DNA of 64,000 nucleotides from Orbicella franksi (Eukaryota): NCBI GenBank assembly GCA_964199315.1, contig OZ116702.1, positions 20,522,001 to 20,586,000 of the forward strand, read 5' to 3'. Shown piece by piece: positions 10,514 to 20,698 of this stretch (position 1 is its first letter; each line of letters starts with the position of its first letter). The notes under the pieces were generated by a model. It saw only the letters and a program-made list of their open reading frames with translations, ran no database searches and was not told where the DNA came from. The position numbers and the translations under genes were made by a program.

Positions 10514-13500
10514 ATGACAAGAAAACGCCCAATGTTCCTGTCGCTACTTTTGACAGTCATTTTGTTTACAGGTAAGGAACTGGTACCAGCTATTTTCAAA
10601 ACAAAGGTATTGGTGCGTTAAAAGAGGCATCAGGTGTCAATTGGTTCTTTATAATATAAGCGACTGAAACGAAAAAGCGACATCCCAGAGAAGGGCACTC
10701 AACGAGAAAAAGTATATAACTGTTGGACGTGAATATAACAGTAGTTTATCACTCAGATACAGACTAATATGAAGAACTAATTCCAAACCCAAAAATACTT
10801 CTTCATGAATTAAAGTCCTATCTACCTTTGATAAAGAGTTACCAGCCAAAGAAATGCTCATCTGCTGAGTAAAATCACGACTTCAAAAACTACCAAAGTA
10901 GCTATTCCATTCCTCAATTTTCTGTAATAGACTACTTTCCTTTTCTTATAGACTTTCTCGTCCTTTTAAATCCACGGCCAGTTATCCATTACACTACAAT
11001 TGCAAATTTTGATCTTACCTATCACACCCGTTAATTTAATCCTTAAAGCTATATGCACAATATCAGTTGTAAATCCAGTTCAAGGAGCAGCAGTCGGATT
11101 GTAGCTATATTCTATTTTAGCTGTTTAAAACGTACAAGTTGAAATGATTCCTTTTTGCTCTACTTGCAGACCTTATTTGTGGCAGACCGTCAAAAGGTAT
11201 AAAAACGTTTTGCCGTACAATAGGAACCAGAATTTCCATGTTTTAAGTAATTAAATTAATAGCTGAGGTACATGTTTTATCTAAAACCCTGCTGAGAAGT
11301 GATTAACGGACCATTATCACCAGGCGAGATTTGCTCTCCCATGTGAAAGATCCCTTTCAGGGAAGTCCGTAATAGACTACTTAGTCCATTAGAGACTTCC
11401 CCATCCACCTTCCAATTAAATCAGTGCGCAACAAACTGACATAGAGGGAGGAATTTACTGTACAGTGTAACTCTTCTGACTGAAACAATCAACATTGAAA
11501 TAATCGTTTCCTGGTAGATTTACTTGATCAGATCATAGATCGGAATGTTTCAGTATAGCTGTATGTGATGGGGTTGCCAAAAAAGTCTTGATGCTTCCAT
11601 AGCATAAATCTCTTCTTCGAACTGTTCTTAGGCTGCTCTGTTATTAGATTGACATAATATAATATCACGTTGTAGTCTACTCATCAAAGTACATTCTTTC
11701 GCATTTCTGGCTACATCACATACAGGTAGTAGTCAAAATACAGTACAAGCGCTATACCAAAAACTAATATTAATAAAATCATCCAACTAATTTGTCGTTA
11801 CAGTTTATTTTTCTTCATATAGGCAACTCAGTAACAGGTCCAAGCCGTTACCCTTTCCATTCGTGTTTATTTTCCTGATACTCCTTTTTTTATTCTGTCT
11901 TAACTAAATTTTGTAGGTTGTGCTAATCAAGTGCGCAGCCTGTCCAGTAAATCTCGTCAAAAGGGCAGTGATTCTCATATCCCTCATCCCGGTGAAGCTG
12001 AGAGAGTTGTAAAGAAGTCATCTCTACAGGATGATTGTTCAGAGGATGAAGAAAGCAAAGCCCCTGCATTGAAAGACAAAAATAAAATCAAAAGCCTTCA
12101 GACAAGCATTCATAAAAACCTGCTAAGACTCTTTCATAAACTTAAAAGCACAAAGCCCGGCAGTGTAATACCTGATAGAAAGGAATTTACGAATTTTGCA
12201 GCGCAATCGAACCCAGACAGTAACCACCCAGGAGTGTCAACGGGCGTCCCACTTAGCAAAGTCAGAGATGGAATTAAGAATGCTACTAAGTTTAAAGACT
12301 TGAACGCTACAACAACACTCAAAGCAATCGACAAATTAGTCAGCGCAGTTCTCCCCAACACTACAGCAGGTGGAAACAATTCATTTAGCAGTGACACAGA
12401 TACTGAGGGTGGGAGTGGTTCTGCAATGGAACCTGCAGATTTAAGCAAAGGTAAAACAGATCCTTATGCAGCAATTGCTGCTGGACCAGACCATCCTAAA
12501 CTTCCTCCCGATCTAAAGATCTCTCCGGGTGGAGCTGAAGGAGAAGCACCTCCTGTTGTGCCTGTGGGGATGTCTGATGATAACAAGGCTGGCCCGGAAA
12601 GCGACGAGGGACCGCATCCTCAGAGTCCTGATGGTGAGAAGAGTCGACGAAATCTTTTTAACTATGTTTCCCAAGTAGCTTAACTACAAAAATACTTTTC
12701 TATTGCTAAAAAAAACTAAATGCCATGAATTTGATTGCAGTGGTGATTACGATATCCATGGAAAGCAATTCTTTGTCAGAAGAAGGAATTGCGCTGACTC
12801 TCTGTTCAACGTGCTCTCACTTATCGAAAGCAATTTAAACTATATAGTAAATAGTTATTTGTTATTCACCAACGTCATTTTATATTTTTCCACAGAACCC
12901 AGTGAAGCACCAAGTCAACAAGAAGGTATATATTTCCTAGCAAATTGAGTTGTTAAGGTATTAGTCACTCTCTTTAAGACAAGAGAAGTTCTTATCAAAA
13001 TCCGGGTTACTTTCTTATTTTAGACAAAGACGATTCTGAAGAGCCAGACAACCCCATGGTCAAGCAAATGCAACAGCAAGCTATGTCAGTTATACAAGAA
13101 CAGATGCAAAACCAGTTCAAGGCTGCCATGCAGGCTGCCAAGGGAATGCCGGGCATGGGAGGAATGGGAGGAATGGGTGGAATGGGAGGTATGGGAGGAA
13201 TGGGAGGTATGGGAGGTATGGGTGGAATGGGAGGTATGGGTGGCATGCAAAGTATGGAAGGAGGAATGGGAGGAGGAATGGATGGCATGGGTGGCATGGG
13301 CGGTATGGACAGTATGGGTGGAATGGGAGGTATGGGAGGAATGGCTGGCTTCGGAGGAATCGGAGACATGGGAATGGCAGGAATGTATGGCAACCGTATG
13401 GCAGGAATGGGTGAGATGGACAACTTTGCTAACAATGCCTATGAAAGGGACAACTTAAGGAGCAATGATGGATACTTGAACGATGTCAATCCTTATTTCG

Positions 13501-15931
13501 CAAGAGGATTTGGTGAAGAGCTAAGGGGGCCTATGGGGCTAAGGGGGCCTATGGGGCCAATGGTTCCTATGGTGGACGAATCTGCAGTTGGACGAGATAA
13601 AGTTCCATTAGGATACGAGGATCGAGAAGTTCCTTACTTCCGTCGTTTTCATAGACATCGTTACTTTGACAACGATGAGGACTTTGACAATGAGGGATTG
13701 GACGACGATGATGACCAGCCATATTTAGTTCCCACCCATGAACATGCTGACTTTGAAGAACCTTTCGACGAAGGCCCGGAGAACGAAATGGATGACGGCT
13801 ACGATGCGCCTTATGATAGAAAAACAAAAATAGCAAAAATCGGAAAGCTTAATAAGAAAGAAAAGATAAAACACATCAGCCATAAGACAGGCAAAGGAAG
13901 CAAAAGACAACCAACTGTGGCATCAAAGAAACATGTGACTGAGAAGCGAGGAAAAACATCAGGTAAACAACACCAAAGGAATCACTGAGAGCTCCGTATA
14001 ACCTGCATGAGACAATTCTTAATTATGCCCAGAGATTGAGCGGCGTTAATACGTTCTTAATTAGATGCAAGAAAAAACACTGTACTTCGTTTGAAAACTC
14101 GTAAACAGGTTTTGGTTTGATCATACCTTCTTGGGACAACTGGACGAAAGAAGGAAACCAGGACACTGAAAATTAAGTTTTATTATTGAAACATTCAAGA
14201 CCATCTTTCCTTCTTTGACGCCATGGTTGGTTTTCCTCAATAATCACTAGGGTAGTGAAACGGGTGTTAGGTTTCGAACATGAGGCTTTAAGTATCAAAA
14301 GACTACTAATACCTTATTCTCAAGGCTTGCTATTTGGCTCAAACTAAAAGCAACAGGTTCTCCCCGACACGAAACAAAAAAACGATTTTGCGATAAAAAC
14401 CCTTAAGCTGAATTTTTCACTCTCCTCAACTCTATTTGTAGGAGGATCCGCATACCTTCGATAGTTCCTAGAAAATGATGTACACTGTATCTTCGGCATA
14501 TTTAGCATAGTTTATCTTGGATTCGTAAAATCAAATGACTAATTATCCTACATGTAGCTACTCGAATCTGATAATTAAAGTACCTTGGTACCAGATTACG
14601 TTGTTGTTAGTCACAAAACAGCGCGGAAACGTAACTTAAGTTTAAATAAATAAACACTAGAAACCGGCTACATCGTTGTTTTTCTCTCGGCAGGCACTTT
14701 AGAAGAGCCGTATTCTATAGGTCCGAATTATTTGGGTTTTGAGTGTCGTGCTTACATTTTTCAATGAGCCGATTTAAGGTCTCATCGTGAAGACGAGCGT
14801 CAAGATTACCTTTCTACACCCCTCTGGGGCGATCGTTGCTGGCATCCTTGTTTACATTTTGCCTCATTAGCATGGTGCAGAGAAGTGATCATTTTCGACA
14901 ATTCGGATTGACTCTTACAAACAATTAAAGAGCTTAGTAATGGTGATATGTTTAATTCTTTGGGAGTAATATTGAAGGAGATATTGACCCTCATAAATTT
15001 CGAAAATTCTGTGTGGCCCTTCAGTATTCAAGGCTTGTCATTACTTTTGGAGAAAGATCATCTAGATCATCTAATGAGGCAAATGTTGAAGGTCAAAAAT
15101 TCCCTTATATCTCTGGTGGATTAAAAATCACTGTTAGTAGTAATTTCGTGTTATTATAATCTCGCAGGTGTGAACACTGATGCAGCAACTCCTGAGATGT
15201 TTTATAATTCTGCAATGAAACAAATGCAACAGCAGGCGATGGCAGGGATTGAAAAACAGATGCAAAACCAATTTACCAGTGCTTGGAAAAACGCTCATGG
15301 AATGGGAGGAAGACCAAACATGGGAGGTGGAGGGGGAATGGGAGGAATGGGAGTAATGGGAGGAGGAATGGGCGGTATGGCTGCTATGAATGGAATGGGT
15401 GGAATGGGAGACATGAACAAGATGGGAGGGATGGGAGGGATGGGTAGAATGGGAAGTATGAACAGAATGGGAGGTATGGGTCAAATGCAAGATATGCCAG
15501 GAGGCATGGGACCAATGCAATCCATTCCTGGAGGTATGGAAAATGGTGGTCCTATGAACGACATGCCTGAAGGCTTGGGAGGTATGGGACCAATGAATGA
15601 CATGCCAGAAGGCTTAGGAAATATGGGAAATATGGATAGAGCTGGTGGTATTGATGGAATGGGAGGAATGCCAAGTATGGATGGAATGAACGGAGGGATG
15701 ATGGGTGGTGGACAAGGCAATGGAATGAATGGATTAGGAGGAATGGAAGGTATTGATGGATTCACCGGGATAGGTAATCCGGGTATGACAAGTATGGGTA
15801 ACACGCCTAATGGCTTATTCAGAAGGGAGTTTGAAACCAGAGCTAAAGGAAAATACAATCATCATTACCAGAAATTTAAAATTACAAAGTCCAAGAAAAG
15901 CGCAAAGAAGGTTAAAAATAAATCCCTTTAA
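10514..15931 (+). CDS. Secreted Gly/Met-rich protein 2 with two GGM modules (~844 aa long form)
   Basis: Exons 10514-10571 (MTRKRPMFLSLLLTVILFT), 11170-11196 (DLICGRPSK), possible 15-nt exon 11823-11837, 11917-12633, 12896-12925, 13024-13962 (or read-through to TGA 13988) and 15168-15931. All introns are GT-AG phase 1 and the frames join without stops. Confidence 0.8.
13158..13247 (+). repeat. Coding 9-bp tandem repeat, (GGM)10
   Basis: Ten GGN GGN ATG units with variable Gly codons and invariant protein sequence. Confidence 0.95.
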
Positions 15932-16516
15932 ATATGTTTAACCACTCAACCAGAAAGTTGTATCATTAAAGTTAGAAACCTGAAAACTTGAAATTGCTTA
16001 TTGAGGATATCACAGACATTAAAATGGCATAATGAACTTTAAGGCTTTGTGAAATCCTAGTATATAGTTTTTTTTAATTGCCAGAACGTAACATCATCTA
16101 CGTATGTGACAAGTTACACTACATTTGACCAGTTCCACTGTAACCAAAATATTTTATTAATAATAGAACGAATATTTCATGAAACATTGCTGTATCATGA
16201 TCATAACGAGAAGACGAAATTGGCACTTTTAGTTCATGCTTGTTGGAATTGTCTTAAAACGGGTAGTAGGAGGGATGTAATGAAGAATTACTTGTCCTCG
16301 AATGTAAATCTACATTGTATGATAAATAAATTTACATTGAGAACTGATTCTTTCTCTTAATTTATTGAACGGATGAAAGCTATTGGGACTTGTTATTATG
16401 TCCGATAACTGAAACTCCTATTTTCCGCATGGGCAAGAAATGAATGAAACGCTTGCGCCATGGCTGCCTGAGAATGGAATAGTAAAACTTACATGTAAAC
16501 CTTTGTGATGCATCAT

Positions 16517-17857
16517 GAGGGTCTGGATGAGGTTAAGTGACAACTGACAAACGGCGAAAAAAATAAATGCAACTGACAAATACCTGAAAATTTAACTGAA
16601 AACTGACGTTTGTAGTCAGATATACTGGCAACTGACAAAAGGCTTGAGCTATTGTCATTCGTTTGAAATTCACTGAAAATTTTTTCGGTGGAAAGGTTAT
16701 TACTTTAACCTTTGTATTTTAATATGTATAACCCTTAGTAATGAATATGGTCAGGGTGTTGACTGACCACAGCAAATTAACAAACCCTTTACTTCTTGGT
16801 GTCGTGGAAACTATTGTTAGTTGTTGTCTAATCACTCTGCAGTGAAACGAAAACAAAATAATTTCTATCTAAGTATATGTAAGAAAACGTCAGTCATATA
16901 GGAGGGGGCATCTCGTTTATTGATCAGACATAAATTGCCCTAGGGTAGTTATTAACACAATAAACGTAGTAGACAAAACACGGAAATTCACTAAAACAAA
17001 ATTTCCAAAATGAACTGATCAAAAGCGGAGATGCTGTCGAAGTGACAACTCCTAACGGAGAGACTCCTTAAATATTAACTTCTTAGCATAATTACATGAC
17101 CTGCATACCAACGAATCTACATACCAGCACAAAACTATCTTACAATAACAACGTGAAAAATTATATTTAGCTATTGTGTTTTGGTTTGAGTCAGTTTGCA
17201 TTGTTATCTTTTAAATATTTTGTTTTACTATCCGCAACACCAGGAAAATACAGTTTCATAGTCTGTTTGTTCAAAGCTCTTTTACTTTCTCGTAAGATTG
17301 TCGAGCGCGCATGCGAAACAAAAAACGGGGGAGATTAAAGACCCAGATTTAGTCAGGATGCATTGCGCGCTGTGAGCATTGCAGAAAACAATAGAGACCT
17401 CTCTACCATGTACGCCACAACAATTACAGACGCGCGAAAAGCCTAATGGTCAATACTGGGTCTTTAAATTCGCAATGCGAAGCGGTACGGGGTGGGTAAA
17501 GGAAAAAATCATTAAGGGTTTTGCATTTAATTATATGCTTTCAGTTGAATCGTCACAAACGGTCCTTACATTCGCTCTTAATTTAACCTCTCTACAACAG
17601 CCACATCTCCATAAAGGCAACAGCCCTTTAAACGCGTCCCAACTCTCTATTGTCCCCAAGGTGGCCGTTTTGGAGAGTTTCGACTGTATCCTCTATGCAA
17701 GGGGTCAACTAGGAAAGGTTAAAGCCATTTTTAAAAGACCTTGAGTAGATTATTAACAGCCACATAAATGACAACTGGCAAATGGCCCAAAATATAGCTA
17801 ACAAATAGACGACATTTTAACTGACAACTGACATTTGCACACCCCATTCAGACCCTC
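16517..17857. mobile_element. Non-autonomous DNA element with GAG...CTC termini (Sola2-like?)
   Basis: TIR gagggtctggatg (16517) / cattcagaccctc (17857), with multiple subterminal aactgaca motifs at both ends. No clean TSD. Confidence 0.5.
17389..17686. mobile_element. Second copy of the pogo-type MITE, nested in 16517-17857
   Basis: Right end gtggccgtt(t)tggagagtttcgactg|ta is nearly identical to 1333-1358. Internal aacctctctacaacagcc...taaacgcgtcccaact matches copy 1. Left TIR degenerate. Confidence 0.6.
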
Positions 17858-18335
17858 GTCATATATTTGCACCCCCTCTTGTAATCGGAAGACAAGTTAT
17901 CACAGCATAGTGAAATAGCTGTGGATCCACCAAGCACTAGTTAAATAAAATGAATGGAACCATTAATTTACCTGCTTTTCACTCTTCGTGGAAGGACACT
18001 CATTTCTAGAAACAAGTTAATTTGCTTTTTCTGCATTTTTTTTTTAAAATATCATATTCTTGTTTTACACGTTCATTTCCTACAATCGACTAATTTCAAA
18101 GTTGACGAAATATCACTTTTGTATTTATTGGTGGCCTTCATAGTAGAATTATCAAATGTCTGGATGTTGTGTTGCAATTGTTATACTATGCCTGACGGGC
18201 CGGATAAAGATGTAATGCCACAAAAATCAGCAGTGTTAAAATGATATCATTTTGGCTCACAAAATACTAAAAATTGAACAATTCTACGAATATACAACCT
18301 CTATAACAACGTGATCATTAGTAACGTATTCACAA

Positions 18336-20698
18336 TCATCCGCCTTTAAACTTCAGAATAGGAAGAGGACCAGCAGCGTGCACCATTCGATTGACAGCTC
18401 TAATCAGTTCATCCTTTTGTTCGTCTAAACTCTTTTTCTCTGTTTGTCCCAATAAGAGTCTTGCCACGTGCTCCTCGTGTTTCTTGTACTCGTCTTTTCT
18501 TGTAAACATCCCGCATATGATTTTGTCATAAATTGAATTATCTTTCGTCCATTTATCGCGTAACTGAATTTTTCCTGAACATAATCGATGCAATCTTGTC
18601 GTTCTCTTTTCCCCTATTACGGCCTTTGCTGTGTTTGCTGCAAATAAGGATGTCACGCAATTAATAGGCACCTTCCAGTTATATAATGGCCTTAGTTCCA
18701 AAGGCGTAGTGTGCATTTTCCTTTGGGGAACACGCACCTAACAGGGTTTGGGGGAATGCCCTCCAAGAAATGTTTTCTTCAGGATATCTTTAAAGCCATT
18801 TCCCATGTTTTCCAGTGAACAGTTTCATAAATCAATGCATTGAAGAACGTTGAGTATTTAGTGACTTATGTTGTTTATGAGTAAACCTTTAGGATAACTG
18901 ATATTGGATTTAACAGGAGACTAGAGACTGTCAAACCAACACATTTCATTATTAAAGACGCTTTTCGTCAATGAATACATATATTTTTCTGGAATTCTGG
19001 AGGTATACGCGAGTGCGTACTTGCGTTTATGGTTGCTACGCCCCTGAGTTACAAGTAAAATCCTGCTCAAAAGTGTGTCTCACGAAATGACTTTGTACCA
19101 GAATCAACCTTTATACTTGTAGATTGCATTTAACTAAACCAATATTGATCTTTGGCTTCTAGTCAATAAACTTGTAAATAACAGTTACCGGGAAGCTGGA
19201 GTTTCAAGTTTTACTTACGATTTCCTTTAGGGTCTCCCAGAAGATATTTTAGCCAAGCTGTAACAAAATTGATCATATGGGGTTGTTAAATTATAAAACT
19301 GAAAAATTGGCGCTTTCTACGTTTGAAATAAACGCTCACAAAAGATACTCGTATATGGTATAATCACTACAAAGCATAACGTCAACTCAGTCTTGAATCT
19401 GGACTTTTTTAAGATCATTTTACAACCGAAGTTCCTCTTCAAGTGCAATTCATTGAATGAGACAGTTCTTGGGTATGTTTTGCTTGATCAAACAACCAGG
19501 AGGCTAAGAGGTTTCACTTATCTAAATTCTTGAGCCCTGGCCGACACACTTTAAATTGCAACTTCTTGATATCCAGAATGGAATTACTTCGTGTATGCTG
19601 TCAAATTTACTGGGCACTTGGTTGATCGGTATAATTTGAAATATTGCTCAACATACAAGTTGACGTTCGATCTTACCCTCACAAATTCTGCCATAATACA
19701 ATTTTGGAATATGCGTCCAACTTTCTAAGAATTAGAGATGATGGCAGTAGCTACTGTTGATTATCTACTTACCGTATTCCCACGGTCTTTGTCTGTCGAT
19801 TTTTATCTCGCGTTTTTGTGCTCTTCTACTGGAACCTAAAAATAATTATGTGTCTTGTTTTTTTACTTATTTCCAAACATTATGACGGTACACCCAATAA
19901 AAAAATATAAAATACGCTAGGTTTCTAAAAATGTAACGTTGGTTAACTGACGCAGCTAAGGTTATCTCGACAGTCACACAAACTTCACAAGTCGTAAGAG
20001 AGGATGGACATTCGATGAAAATTATTTCTCTCTGCTATGTAAGCATTTATATAATCCTTTGTGCCCACGATGTGTAAAATGAAGGGCCATACAAGCTGGC
20101 AACAGCATAAGAACATTTTGTAGCCTGCAAACAGGCTCCCGGCGAAGGCGGAACAAAAATCCGGCGACCGAAGTGAGCCGTTTAGCGAGAAATAAAGAAT
20201 TCCGCGAAGCGAGTAGAGGAAAATGCGCTCCACCTCGTCACCAGACTGCTCTCGGCTAGCCCCGTTCCCCATAGACCACACTCGGCTAGCTCGCACTAAA
20301 CCCAACCGGGATTCTTTTCGCAGGCTAAACATTTTGTTATCTTGTAAGCTACAACGGGTGTGCTTGTGGTAGACTTTAGATCCAGTTATCACTACCCCCT
20401 GCAGTGGTCAATCGCTACTTTCACTTTGTTACGTGATAACAACTTAATGAATACTAGCATTGGGGCAGAAATTGTTCAAAAATTTGTATAACTAAGCAAG
20501 AAACTCGCCATAAAGTAGCTAGTCCTTCTCTAAAAAGAATTTTTATCATGATTTAGCACCCGTCGAAAATCTTGTGATTAGGAAGTCCATTTGAACAAAG
20601 AAGATCAATGAGGCGTTTAGCCTTGATTGTACGTTCATCTTACCCGCGGCGACCACCTCCAGACAAGCTATAACTGCTGTGACGACCACCCACTTCAT
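18336..20698 (-). CDS. Secreted basic orphan protein 3 (~215 aa) built from micro-exons
   Basis: Exons on -: 20698-20644 (MKWVVVTAVIACLEVVAA+G|gtaag), 19835-19773, 19724-19677, 19257-19219, 18927-18887, 18737-18336. All are GT-AG, and the phases (1,1,1,1,0) join in frame to the 133-aa ORF. The middle exons are less certain. Confidence 0.65.
20121..20327. mobile_element. MITE with 9-bp TSD (Mutator-like by TSD length)
   Basis: TIR tagcctgc / gcaggcta with exact TSD aacattttg (20112-20120, 20328-20336). Lies in intron 1 of gene 3. Confidence 0.75.

Noticed and set aside
13007-13435. Pro/Ile-rich (PPI)n ORF on -, and the W/E/V-rich ORF 13177-13458 on +
   Set aside because: Shadow frames of the GGM repeat. 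Codon variation is synonymous only in the GGM frame, which is also the frame linked to the splice sites and signal peptide.
15134-15858. His/Ser-rich and Pro-rich ORFs on -
   Set aside because: Antisense shadows of the second GGM exon.
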